From assembly GCA_963832745.1 (NCBI GenBank), contig CAWHVC010000002.1:1-64000 (forward strand): 64,000 nt of DNA. The letters run 5' to 3'. The position numbers and the translations under genes are program-made. This DNA comes from Candidatus Bathyarchaeota archaeon (GTDB taxonomy: Archaea > Thermoproteota > Bathyarchaeia > Bathyarchaeales > Bathycorpusculaceae). The stretch's first letter is position 1. Every line of letters begins with the position of its first letter. Positions 29,992 through 39,554 of this stretch are shown here, piece by piece. A model generated the notes under the pieces. That model worked only from the letters and a program-made list of their open reading frames with translations. It had not been told where the DNA came from and searched no databases.

Positions 29992-30273
29992 TTGATGGGC
30001 GCTATCCTTGTAACCTACAAAGTTTTTCCCGAAGACATAGTGGCAAGCTTTGACCCTTTAAAAGCTGAAATCACTAAAATTCTTCCAGCAGCCTCAAAAA
30101 TTGAAGGTTGGGGCGAAGAACCAGTCGCTTTCGGCTTAGTTGCCCTGCTTGTTCAAGTACGGTTTCCAGAAGACGTAAGTGGCATTGTAGATGAGTTCGA
30201 GGTTGAACTGGGAAAAATTACGGGCGTAAGTCAAGTTCAAACGTTCCAAATACGCAGGACAAGCCGAGACTAA
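29992..30273 (+). CDS. ef1b: Translation elongation factor 1-beta
   Basis: YKVFPED..EEPVAFGLVAL..GVSQV. Confidence 0.92.
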   Translation: MMGAILVTYKVFPEDIVASFDPLKAEITKILPAASKIEGWGEEPVAFGLVALLVQVRFPEDVSGIVDEFEVELGKITGVSQVQTFQIRRTSRD

Positions 30274-30507
30274 TTTTTCTTTAATCCTTTTTTGTACTAA
30301 TTCAGGTTCAAGCTTTTTAGCCGTTACAAAAATATTTGTTCTAATTTTTTGTTGTTGTACGGTCGCAGTCACAATTTCTTTTATTATTCAAAACAATTAT
30401 AATGTTTAAAGAAAAGTTGGCTTAAACAGAACGATTCCCTCTCTCTTCCTATTTCTTCTTTGTTTAAGCTAACTTTCTTCTTCACTATTTTTTGAAGTTC
30501 TTGGAGG

Positions 30508-30690
30508 TTGAAGACTTTTAGCGAATTAACAGTATGTCCTGGTTGTGGCGCTAAATTCGACACGTACGATCAACTAATTGACCACGTAGTAACAGCCCAT
30601 AACATCACATGCCAAATCTGCGGTGCCAAACTTAACTCAAAAGAAGAACTGCTCCAACATAACAGGGAAAAACATGGCGTAAAAACCTGA
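30508..30690 (+). CDS. Tandem C2H2 zinc-finger protein
   Basis: CPGC-x12-H-x4-H and CQIC-x12-H-x4-H; GGAGG RBS immediately upstream. Confidence 0.8.
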   Translation: MKTFSELTVCPGCGAKFDTYDQLIDHVVTAHNITCQICGAKLNSKEELLQHNREKHGVKT

Positions 30691-30716
30691 GTATCAAGGT
30701 TTGGCAGAGCAAGATT

Positions 30717-31403
30717 ATGGTTACTAAAATAATTGAGAACGTATCCTACCGAGACAAAGTCCATGTTTTTCAAGACAGACTAGATGCGGGCAAACAATTA
30801 GCTAACGAACTTAAAAAGTACGCTGGCAACCCAAACATGTTAATTTTGGCTATACCGTCCGGCGGTGTTCCCGTGGCGTGTATGGTTGCTAAGCTGCTGG
30901 GCGGTAAGGTTGATGTTGTTGTGGTTAGAAAAATTCAGGTTCCATGGAATCCTGAGGCTGGATTTGGTGCTGTAAGTTGGAATGAACAAGTGTTTTTGAA
31001 TCAGAGTTTGGTTGAACAGTTGGGTTTAACCGAAGAGGAAATAGAAGCCGCAATCATTGAAACCAAGCGTAACATTGAGGCCCGGCTTAGAAAATTTCGG
31101 GGAGGAAAACCTCTGCCTGACATAGAAGGAAAAATTATTATTTTAGTTGATGATGGGCTAGCTTCAGGTTTTACTATGTTAGCAGCTGTCCAGTCGGTTA
31201 AAGCAAGTGAACCCAAAAAAGTGGTCATTGCAGTTCCTACAGCCTCCATGTGTGCTTTAGGTTTGCTTATGCCTACCGTGGATGAGATGGTGTGCCTTAA
31301 CATAAGAAGCGAATCATCTTTTGCAGTAGCCGACGCATACGTAAACTGGTATGACTTAACCGATGTAGAAGTGCAAAATTTGCTTTCAAACAATGGTAAT
31401 TAA
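30717..31403 (+). CDS. Phosphoribosyltransferase family protein
   Basis: FQDRLDAGKQLA, AIPSGGVPVA, VVRKI, ILVDDGLASG. Confidence 0.92.
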   Translation: MVTKIIENVSYRDKVHVFQDRLDAGKQLANELKKYAGNPNMLILAIPSGGVPVACMVAKLLGGKVDVVVVRKIQVPWNPEAGFGAVSWNEQVFLNQSLVEQLGLTEEEIEAAIIETKRNIEARLRKFRGGKPLPDIEGKIIILVDDGLASGFTMLAAVQSVKASEPKKVVIAVPTASMCALGLLMPTVDEMVCLNIRSESSFAVADAYVNWYDLTDVEVQNLLSNNGN

Positions 31404-31433
31404 TGTTATGCTGAATTGCTGTCTCTGCTTTCG

Positions 31434-31585
31434 CTATGTTGTTTACTAACCTATTTGGCGTCTATTTGGAGCCTATTAGAAATAGTATGCAGAAACCTAT
31501 AGGGAGTAGATCAAAACCGAACCCTGCCTAAAAACTTCTGAAAGCATCCAAATACTGAGGTGGGTAGGGTGCTATTGGCTGAAAA
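31434..31585 (+). repeat. Dispersed intergenic repeat, copy 2
   Basis: AACCTATTTGGCGTCTATTTGGAGCCTATTAGAAATAGT identical to copy 1; shared AAAACTTCTGAAA and GTGCTA.TGGCTGAAAA. Confidence 0.85.
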
Positions 31586-31738
31586 TCAAGCAACTAATAA
31601 TGCTAAAAAATATAGTTCCCAAGCGCAAAGGCACATCTCACGAGTTGATTACCAAGTCAGCATTTGTATTACTATCAAAGGCTTGTATCAGTTAAGTATT
31701 TATTATAAAACCAACCTATTTTTTAGTGGTGTTTTATT

Positions 31739-31981
31739 ATGGAAAACAAAAATGAAAACATGCAAAAAGGCATGGAAAAAGCTTCTCACGGATTAGAAAA
31801 AGCTGCTGAATCAATGGGAGACACAATCATCGCAATTTTGGATAAACTTGCAGGGAAAAAATCAGACTTAAAACTCAGCTTTGAAGACTTAACACTTGAA
31901 ACAGGTCCAATGAAAGCAAAGATTAACGGTTCAATAGTGTTAGACATAGTTTATGCTTCTGAAGCAGAAACAAAAGAATGA
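31739..31981 (+). CDS. Hypothetical protein
   Basis: 80-aa ORF, GGTG upstream; paired with the next gene. Confidence 0.65.
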   Translation: MENKNENMQKGMEKASHGLEKAAESMGDTIIAILDKLAGKKSDLKLSFEDLTLETGPMKAKINGSIVLDIVYASEAETKE

Positions 31982-32004
31982 GTGCCTTCTGAGGAAAAAG
32001 TAGG

Positions 32005-32421
32005 TTGCAGTTGACCACTTTCCTGGCTGAAACACTCAAGTCAGGAAAAATTAAGGTAAGCCAAAACAACGTGGAAGCTGTAGAAATCACTGCGCAAGAC
32101 AAAAAAATCGATGTTAACGCTAAAGACAAAGAATTCGTTAAAGAAATAATTTCTGCTGCACGAAAGGGCAGTGATGATCAGCCTAAAGGCTTGATTAGCA
32201 GCATTGAACGTAGCGTAAAGACAGTGCGGAACATGCAGCCAATGGTTAAGGAAATCGCTGAAGATTTTTGCCGTGAAGGCGTAACAGTAACCCTTTCATA
32301 CAAGGGCGACAAAGTGGTCACAATAGGCTCCGAGGCTGACTCAAAATTTACCCGCTTTTTAACAGGCACTAAAGGGGTAGAAGTTAACAATCCCAGAAAA
32401 CTATTCGAAATGGGCATATAA
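32005..32421 (+). CDS. Hypothetical protein
   Basis: 138-aa ORF with globular composition. Confidence 0.7.
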   Translation: MQLTTFLAETLKSGKIKVSQNNVEAVEITAQDKKIDVNAKDKEFVKEIISAARKGSDDQPKGLISSIERSVKTVRNMQPMVKEIAEDFCREGVTVTLSYKGDKVVTIGSEADSKFTRFLTGTKGVEVNNPRKLFEMGI

Positions 32422-32520
32422 CAATATTCAAAAAAAATTATTTTTTTTAAACACAGAATTTAATTAATTAAGCCTAACCAGCCATATTAGCAAACGGGAC
32501 AGTCTTGACTCAAAAATGGC

Positions 32521-33037
32521 AAACAGAATGATGGCGGCTGGACAATTCCCATGTTAACCCATAAATTGGCTAAAAAAATGGCCGGATTTAACAAGCAAAT
32601 TTGCTGAACCTCTTGAACTTGACCAGTCAAAACCTTTCTCGCATAACTGGACAGACATGGTTCTCTACACGTTTGCCACTCACCCCAAATGCCGTTATTG
32701 CAAAGAGGCCAAGGCACCTGCGGATTTACTTAAATCAAGCTTTTTTCAGCCAGATTTTTACTCTTCATATCAGAATTCAAGTTATTGGTTGCGATTCTAT
32801 TTTTGGTGGCCTAATCTTGTAACTGCACTTGAACCGTTATCATTAATGGGTTATTCAAAAGATGACCCTGGCATTTGGAAAGGTTTGAATTGGCTTATTG
32901 AAAACCAGGCAAAGGATGGTTTATGGAATTTAACGTACGTTAAAGGTGCTAAAGTTGGGATAGGGGTGCAAATGGTCGAAAACCGTTTGTGGTTGACCTT
33001 AAGGGTTGCTAGTATTTTCAAACGCTTTTTCTCGTGA
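32521..33037 (+). pseudogene. Truncated, frameshifted prenyltransferase/squalene-cyclase-repeat family remnant
   Basis: KQNDGGWTIP at 32521 in one frame; LTSKFAEP..PFSHNWTDMV..GLNWLIENQAKDGLW from 32588 in another; no N-terminal half. Confidence 0.6.
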
Positions 33038-33117
33038 GTCTTGGGGTTATTTTTTTAGTTATTATTTAGATATCGTTAAATATGACGCGTGGCATATTAT
33101 TGTTGTAGCTAACACGG

Positions 33118-33933
33118 TTGGCTAAAAAAATGAAAAAAATTTTAGCAATAACAATCACAACAATCTTCTTACTAAGCATACTTGCAAGCGTAAACATTAA
33201 CCTAAACGCACAAACCTCCGACTCCACAGCCTTAACCATAACCGGCACCGTGGACCATCCAACGAACCTGACACTCACTCAACTCCAAGCCATGCCCAAA
33301 ACAACCGAATATGCAGCTATCATCTGTGTCGACTTCCCCCAAACAATAGTCGAAGAAGGCAACTGGACAGGAGTCAAACTTGGTACTCTGCTTGAAACCG
33401 CCGGAATCCAATCTGGAGCCATCAAAATCAAAATAGCCGCAAGCGACGGCTTCTCAAGTGATTTAACTGTTGATGCTGCAATGCAAAGCAACATTATCTT
33501 GGCTTACGAAAAGGATGGACAAGCACTCAGCAGCTTAAGATTGGTGGTTCCTGGTAGATGGGGTTATAAATGGGTAAACCTTGTTACCGTAATTGAAGCA
33601 GTAAATTATAATTATCTGGGGTTTTGGGAAAGCAAGGGCTATTCTGATAACGCAATAATTGGACAAGACCCTGGAGGGAATGGAGTAAAACCGCCACAAA
33701 ACACAGTGTCACCTAGTCCAGCTGTTCCCATCACAATACCAGCCCCTTCAGCAATACCGACGCCTACCCAAAACACAACAACAGGCACTCAAGCAACCCA
33801 GCCTCCAACCCAAAACCCGACAGAAACAGCGTTTCCTTCAGAAATCTTATACGGCATTGCTATCGCAATTGTTGCCGCTATAGCAGTTATAGCTTTAGTA
33901 TTTGCACAAAAAAGTAAAAAAATAAAATTTTAA
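33118..33933 (+). CDS. Secreted, membrane-anchored sulfite-oxidase-like molybdopterin-binding domain protein
   Basis: LTITGTV, ICVD, WTGVKL, LRLVVPGRWGYKWV, GFWESKGY; Pro/Thr linker plus TM. Confidence 0.88.
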   Translation: MAKKMKKILAITITTIFLLSILASVNINLNAQTSDSTALTITGTVDHPTNLTLTQLQAMPKTTEYAAIICVDFPQTIVEEGNWTGVKLGTLLETAGIQSGAIKIKIAASDGFSSDLTVDAAMQSNIILAYEKDGQALSSLRLVVPGRWGYKWVNLVTVIEAVNYNYLGFWESKGYSDNAIIGQDPGGNGVKPPQNTVSPSPAVPITIPAPSAIPTPTQNTTTGTQATQPPTQNPTETAFPSEILYGIAIAIVAAIAVIALVFAQKSKKIKF

Positions 33934-33939
33934 TTCCTT

Positions 33940-35853
33940 TTATTTTTGTTTAGCTTTTATTGCAGCTAATTTTCCGCCTGCCTTGATTTGCTCTTTTTCT
34001 TGTCTGCTCAGGCTCAAGTTGACCTTGATTTCTGTGCCTTTAGTCTTATTTTTAACCGTCAGGTTCTCAGATAGATCTTTCACATCCAACTCCAGCATGT
34101 CGCCCTGGTCTATATTGCCATAATCTTCTTTTGAGGAAAAGGTTAACGGCAAAATTCCAAAGTTTATCAGGTTAGCCATGTGGATTCTTGCGAAGGATTT
34201 GGCGATAACTGCTTTCACCCCGAGGTATTTGGGTGCGAGTGCTGCGTGTTCGCGTGAGCTGCCTTGACCATAGTTTTCGCCGCCAACGATAAAGCCGCCA
34301 TGTTTTTGGGTTGCACGTTGATAGAAGCCTGTATCCACTCGGCAGAAGGTGAATTTGCTGATTTCTGGAATGTTGCTGCGAAGGGACATGATGTCTGTTC
34401 CTCCGGGTAGGATGTCGTCAGTTGTGATGTTGTCGCCGGTTTTAAACAGGACTTCACCGCTGAGTTGGGGTGGGGTAGGTTGGAATTGTGGCAGAGGAGC
34501 AATGTTTGGTCCCATGATTACTTTGGCGTTTGGGTTTACAGTGGCTGGAATGAACATGGCGTCGCTTAAAACAAATTTGTCTGGCATTCTAATCTGTGGG
34601 AATATGCCAAGTTTACGTGGGTCAGTGATTTTGCCTGTTAATGCTGCTGCGACCGCGGTTTCTGGGCTGACAAGGTAAACTTTTGCGTCTTGGGTTCCGC
34701 TTCTGCCTTTAAAGTTGCGGTTGAAAGTGCGGAGGGATACGGCGCCGGTGGTGGGAGCTTGACCTATGCCGATGCATGGGCCGCAAGCGTTTTCGAGGAT
34801 TCTTGCGCCTGATTGTATTAGAGGTTCAAGTTCTCCGGTTACCGCAAGATTTTCCATTGCTTGGCGAGAACCCGCGGAAACGGTTAGGCTGAGGTTTTCG
34901 TGGACTTTTTTGCCCTTAAGCAGGGCTGAAACTATTTTTAGGTCGCGTAGGGATGAGTTGGTGCAGCTGCCGATGCAGACTTGGTCAACTGGGGTTCCTT
35001 CTAGTTCGCTCACAGGTTTAACATTGTCTGGACTGTGAGGCATAGCCAAAAGCGGTTCAACCTTGGCAAGGTCAATGTCGAGGACTTCACTGTATTGCGT
35101 GCCCTCGTCGGCTTTGAGTTCGGACCACTGGTTTTCGCGTCCTTGAGCAGCTAAAAACTGTCGGGTTGTCTCATCCGAGGGGAAAATGGAGGTTGTTGCG
35201 CCTGTTTCTGTACCCATGTTAGTGATTGTTCCCCGTTCAGGAACACTTAGAGTTTTGACGCCTGAACCAAAATATTCTAAGACTTTGTTTACGCCGCCCT
35301 TAACGGATAGTTTTCTTAAAACTTCGAGAATGACATCTTTCGCGGAAACAAATGGCAAGAGTTTTCCGGTTAAGTGTATGCCATAAACGTTTGGCATTTC
35401 GAGGTAGAAGGGTTCGCCTGCCATTGCTGCAGCCACGTCAAGTCCGCCCGCTCCGATTGCTATCATGCCCATGCCGCCTGCTGTTGGGGTGTGGCTGTCG
35501 CTGCCAAGAAGGGTTAAGCCTGGTTGAGCAAAACGTTCAAGATACAATTGGTGGCAGATGCCATTACCTGGTCGGCTGAAGACTATGCCGTATTTTGCTG
35601 CTACACTTTGTAGGTAACGGTGGTCGTCGGCATTGCGGAAGTCATTTTGAAGCATATTATGGTCTACGAAACTGAGGCTGAGTTGGGTTTTGACTTGTGG
35701 GATTCCCATGGCTTCAAATTCGAGGTAAGCCATTGTGCCTGTTGAATCCTGCGTTAAGGTGTGGTCAATTTTTAAGCCGACTTCTTCGCCCGGATTCATT
35801 TTGCCGTCGGCTAAGTGTTTTTCAAATATTTTTTCGGTTATGCTTTTGCCCAT
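33940..35853 (-). CDS. acn: Aconitate hydratase
   Basis: QDSTG, DHN, GICHQ, GSDSHT, IGSCTN, CGPCIG, TFNRNF, NYGQGSSREHAA; single-chain with swivel domain. Confidence 0.93.
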   Translation of the reverse strand: MGKSITEKIFEKHLADGKMNPGEEVGLKIDHTLTQDSTGTMAYLEFEAMGIPQVKTQLSLSFVDHNMLQNDFRNADDHRYLQSVAAKYGIVFSRPGNGICHQLYLERFAQPGLTLLGSDSHTPTAGGMGMIAIGAGGLDVAAAMAGEPFYLEMPNVYGIHLTGKLLPFVSAKDVILEVLRKLSVKGGVNKVLEYFGSGVKTLSVPERGTITNMGTETGATTSIFPSDETTRQFLAAQGRENQWSELKADEGTQYSEVLDIDLAKVEPLLAMPHSPDNVKPVSELEGTPVDQVCIGSCTNSSLRDLKIVSALLKGKKVHENLSLTVSAGSRQAMENLAVTGELEPLIQSGARILENACGPCIGIGQAPTTGAVSLRTFNRNFKGRSGTQDAKVYLVSPETAVAAALTGKITDPRKLGIFPQIRMPDKFVLSDAMFIPATVNPNAKVIMGPNIAPLPQFQPTPPQLSGEVLFKTGDNITTDDILPGGTDIMSLRSNIPEISKFTFCRVDTGFYQRATQKHGGFIVGGENYGQGSSREHAALAPKYLGVKAVIAKSFARIHMANLINFGILPLTFSSKEDYGNIDQGDMLELDVKDLSENLTVKNKTKGTEIKVNLSLSRQEKEQIKAGGKLAAIKAKQK

Positions 35854-35952
35854 AAACTGTTCCCTTCTAATTGTAAGTCTGAGTTGTTGTTTGGCAGATG
35901 TAGGGAACTTGAGAAATTTAAGGGTCACGTAGAAAATGCCAATAAAGAACGG

Positions 35953-36366
35953 TTATTTACTGCGCCATTGTTGAAGAGTTTCAAATCCAAAACCCGCGGC
36001 AGCAGCAAAGGTAAAGAGTACGGCAATAAAGTGTTCACGAGTAACTATGGGCGGCAAAAGCAACGTAATTTCCAAAACTGCTCCCAAACTGAAAAATAGA
36101 AAATAGAAAAAGAATCGAGGAACTAATGTGCCTCTAAACCTGACCATCTGAGAAAGCATAACTCTATCGGCAACATATCCACCAGCTTCTTCTTTGACTA
36201 AACCCTCGTTTTTTAGTTTCTCTAAATGGTAATGAACAAGTGAGGGACTGCTAAATCGTAGTGTACGCTGAATTTCTCTAACCCCAACAGGCTGATTACT
36301 CTTGATTATTAACAGGTAGACTTCCTGAGTCTTGCCTCGCAGTACATTTGTTGTTTTAGCAGACAA
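35953..36366 (-). CDS. Membrane-anchored wHTH regulator
   Basis: LRGKTQEVY..VGVREIQRTLRFSSPSLVHYHLEKL..GLV, then two TM helices. Confidence 0.8.
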   Translation of the reverse strand: MSAKTTNVLRGKTQEVYLLIIKSNQPVGVREIQRTLRFSSPSLVHYHLEKLKNEGLVKEEAGGYVADRVMLSQMVRFRGTLVPRFFFYFLFFSLGAVLEITLLLPPIVTREHFIAVLFTFAAAAGFGFETLQQWRSK

Positions 36367-36375
36367 AAAAATCCC

Positions 36376-37140
36376 TCAGCGTATCAGTATAACTTGGGTT
36401 CCAGTTAAACAGGCTTCTTCTCGGTCTCCAATATATCCAATGAAAACCCTAATAGAATAGTACCCGGGAGAGATACCATTCAAGGGCCATTGGAAACTGT
36501 AGTTTATCGTTTGGTTGGGTGAAAGAGTAACCTTTTGTACGCTTACCATACTATTTGCTGACGAATAGATTTGGTTACCGCCCAAGCCATACGCCCAAAA
36601 ACTGAAAGTTTTTAAGATTGATAGGTTAAACCCTCTTGATTGGCCGGGCGGTTGGATATTTTTAAGGTTCACTGTAAAATTTACTGTTTCAGTCGGTGAA
36701 TATGTTGATTTGTCTGAAGTAAAATCAATCTTCAGCCAGTCTTCATAAGTCTCATGCCAAGATGCAGGTTTAGCAGCAGGATAGAGATTCATGATTTCTG
36801 CTTTAGCGTTCGGTAATACTTCGATTTTCACGGTGTCACCCCATTCCACCAAATTCCAGTCTGTCTCTGAAACGATATAGCCAAGAGTGTTTCCACTTTT
36901 TACATTATTAACTGGGTCATCCCCAAAGAGGTTAACGTTCATTATATAATTCGTAAAGGGCGCGCCACCGTCTGTGCCGTAGCCGATTGTTTTGTGGTCA
37001 ACTATTCCATTGACGTAAACGGTTGAAAAGGGGCTGATGTAAACGTACTGGGGCAAGATGTAAACTGTTACAAATCCTATCACAAGGACAAGTGATACGG
37101 CAGTGATTATGGGTTTGGCTAGATCACGTCTAAGATGCAA
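36376..37140 (-). CDS. Membrane-anchored extracellular protein (beta-rich, C-terminal Ig-like domain)
   Basis: N-terminal TM; TSDKSTY..ETVNFTV..N..PGYYSI Ig-like motif. Confidence 0.7.
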   Translation of the reverse strand: MHLRRDLAKPIITAVSLVLVIGFVTVYILPQYVYISPFSTVYVNGIVDHKTIGYGTDGGAPFTNYIMNVNLFGDDPVNNVKSGNTLGYIVSETDWNLVEWGDTVKIEVLPNAKAEIMNLYPAAKPASWHETYEDWLKIDFTSDKSTYSPTETVNFTVNLKNIQPPGQSRGFNLSILKTFSFWAYGLGGNQIYSSANSMVSVQKVTLSPNQTINYSFQWPLNGISPGYYSIRVFIGYIGDREEACLTGTQVILIR

Positions 37141-37283
37141 GGCTTTTTGCTCCCACCGCTTTTTAGGTTGAAAGAATCTATAAGTCTATGTTTTTGAACA
37201 CCTGTTCAAACCACTTAGAACAGCTTAACATAATAAAAAGCGTTTAATTGTTGAAGACAGTAAGAACAAGCTGAGGGCACACT

Positions 37284-38051
37284 TTGCAGTTTAAAGAAAA
37301 AATTAAACAAACCAGTAAAGCAAATAACTCGCGAATAGTTTTAGCCTTGGACTTTCCCTATCAAGACCCAAACAACCGCCAAGAATTAATTTCTAAAGCT
37401 GAAGCCATACTGGAACAAGTTTACCCATATATTTGTGCTGTAAAATTTAACAATCATCTAACTTTGCCACTTGGACTGTTTGATGGGGTTAAGAAGCTTG
37501 TTGACAAAATCCACAGCAAAGACCTATTTGCAATTATGGACGCCAAAGTTAACGATATCGGCAATACCAACCAAGTAATAGCCGACTATTTCTACGCTGC
37601 AGGATTTGACGCAATAATCGCCAACCCCTTCATTGGATGGGAAGACGGATTAAAACCAATTTTCGAGGCTTCACGCAAACAAAACAAAGGCGTAATTCTT
37701 CTCACATATATGAGCCATAAAGGTGCAAGCGAAGGCTATGGCCAATCAGTAATCGACCCTGCCACAGGTCAAGCTACACTACAATACTTGCTGTTTGCAA
37801 AGAAAGCTGTTGCTTACGAAGCCGACGGCACAGTGGTTGGAGCAACGTTTCCAGAAAAAATAAAAGAAATACACCAAATTTTAGGCGAAAAAGTCCCCAT
37901 TTACTCACCTGGTGTTGGTGCTCAAGGTGGAAGCGCTGAAGTTGCAATCAAAGCTGGCACAAGCTACTTAATTGTTGGTCGCGAGATTGTTTTGGCTGTT
38001 AATCCTGCTGAAGCTGCTCGTAGGCTTAGGGACTTGACAAAAATTGTTTAG
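37284..38051 (+). CDS. pyrF: Orotidine-5'-phosphate decarboxylase
   Basis: LALD, DAKVNDIGNT, VVGAT, SPGVGAQGG, IVGR. Confidence 0.95.
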   Translation: MQFKEKIKQTSKANNSRIVLALDFPYQDPNNRQELISKAEAILEQVYPYICAVKFNNHLTLPLGLFDGVKKLVDKIHSKDLFAIMDAKVNDIGNTNQVIADYFYAAGFDAIIANPFIGWEDGLKPIFEASRKQNKGVILLTYMSHKGASEGYGQSVIDPATGQATLQYLLFAKKAVAYEADGTVVGATFPEKIKEIHQILGEKVPIYSPGVGAQGGSAEVAIKAGTSYLIVGREIVLAVNPAEAARRLRDLTKIV

Positions 38052-38055
38052 GCGG

Positions 38056-38211
38056 TTATCTTCCGCGTTTGTTTTCCCATAATTCTTTCTTAAGCAAGTC
38101 CCTTACTGAACTGCGTATGACGCTGCTTCTGCTTGGGTACATGTTTGCTCGGACTAATTCATCTAAGCCTTCTAGATAGGCTTCCGGTAGTAAGACTGTT
38201 ACAAGTTTCAT
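38056..38211 (-). CDS. Ribbon-helix-helix (CopG/CdrS-like) regulator, 51 aa, not in ORF track
   Basis: Manual translation MKLVTVLLPEAYLEGLDELVRANMYPSRSSVIRSSVRDLLKKELWENKRGR. Confidence 0.88.
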   Translation of the reverse strand: MKLVTVLLPEAYLEGLDELVRANMYPSRSSVIRSSVRDLLKKELWENKRGR

Positions 38212-38353
38212 TTTGTTTATTTCCCCTCAAACTATGTTATGCTTATAACATGCGCCAAATATAAAATTTAGTGCTGACCTGTGAAATGTTCAAGGAACGT
38301 CTGATTAAACTTTGCAAACACCTTTTCAGCAACCCATTTGGGTAACTTACAAG

Positions 38354-38686
38354 TTAAACATCGTCTTTTGCGTTTTTAAGCGTCTTCATGGCGCTTCCTA
38401 AAGCTTTAGGCAAATCATCCACATAGACGCCTTGACGCTTAATACCTTCCTGAACAGCGCCAGCACCAATAAAAGCCGCGCCAATAACCGAAGTGACAAG
38501 CGGATCAGGCATAACCATCAAAGCCGCTCCAGTACGAATTAGCCAAGGCTTGCTTTCCCCTTTAGAAAGACTTCTAGTCGCAACCAAATCAGATTTGACA
38601 CTTTTTACAGCATCGGCCGTTTCAGCACGAGTTTTCGCTAATTCTTGAAGAGATTTAGTTATTGATTTAAGCTCTTTAGTGTCCAT
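38354..38686 (-). CDS. Hypothetical protein with hydrophobic hairpin
   Basis: LIRTGAALMVMPDPLVTSVIGAAFIGAG; GGAG upstream. Confidence 0.7.
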   Translation of the reverse strand: MDTKELKSITKSLQELAKTRAETADAVKSVKSDLVATRSLSKGESKPWLIRTGAALMVMPDPLVTSVIGAAFIGAGAVQEGIKRQGVYVDDLPKALGSAMKTLKNAKDDV

Positions 38687-38873
38687 CCGCCGCTGACGCT
38701 CCTTAACCTTGTACCTTTGCTATGGCTCACGTCAGAGAAAAGGTTATGCTCTCAAAAAGACCATGAAATTTAATCGGACCGTTGTTTATAATGGCAGTTT
38801 TTTGTTGTTTAAACTACATAAATTGGCTATGGAGGCAAGCTGGTTTTTTCATGATAAGTTAAATGATGAAAAC

Positions 38874-39344
38874 CTATTTTTGTTTAGCCTTTGGGTATTG
38901 AGTGTAGTAATCTTGAGGTTTCAATACAACGCTCCGTACTCGTTGAACCCGTTTACTGGTGTTAGCCTTTTTCTGAAGCAGCAATACGTCTTTGGGTTTG
39001 CTGAATTTTTCAACGGTACCGTCGTCACGTTTACGTTCTAACTTTATGCAGTCATCAACTTGACAGTTTAATACGCAGGCGCCGCAATAAACACACAAGT
39101 CATCGACGATTTCGACTTTGCCGGTGCCCCAGTATAACGCGTTTGTTGGACAAACTTTAATGCATTCTTTGCATTGAACGCCCAGGCAAGTGTAGTTGTT
39201 GATGCTGATTTTGCCTTCTTTGAAAAGGTCTTTTACGCCTGTTGGCGCTAAAAGTTCTTCTCGGTTCTTTTTCTTTTCAGAATCAGCATTATCTCCTGAT
39301 GAAAGCATTCCGAAGATATCGATGGACCCTTTATTCTGAGGCAT
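38874..39344 (-). CDS. 4Fe-4S dicluster ferredoxin-domain protein
   Basis: CLGVQCKECIKVCP and CVYCGACVLNC. Confidence 0.88.
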   Translation of the reverse strand: MPQNKGSIDIFGMLSSGDNADSEKKKNREELLAPTGVKDLFKEGKISINNYTCLGVQCKECIKVCPTNALYWGTGKVEIVDDLCVYCGACVLNCQVDDCIKLERKRDDGTVEKFSKPKDVLLLQKKANTSKRVQRVRSVVLKPQDYYTQYPKAKQK

Positions 39345-39554
39345 TACAAATCATCATTTACGGCTAACTATTAAAAAGTATAATTCGTTGATAATAATAC
39401 TTTATCTTACAAAAACTAACAAACCAATAAGAAAACATCATTTTTCAATTCTTAGTTTCTTCAAGAAAGGCATCAATTGATTACTTGCTCATCACTTATA
39501 CATGAAAGTTTATTGTTTCATTTCTTTTAATCGGAGGCTATGGAGATATGACTC

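Noticed and set aside
30136-30372. 78-aa minus-strand ORF
   Set aside because: More than half overlaps EF-1beta antisense; no motif
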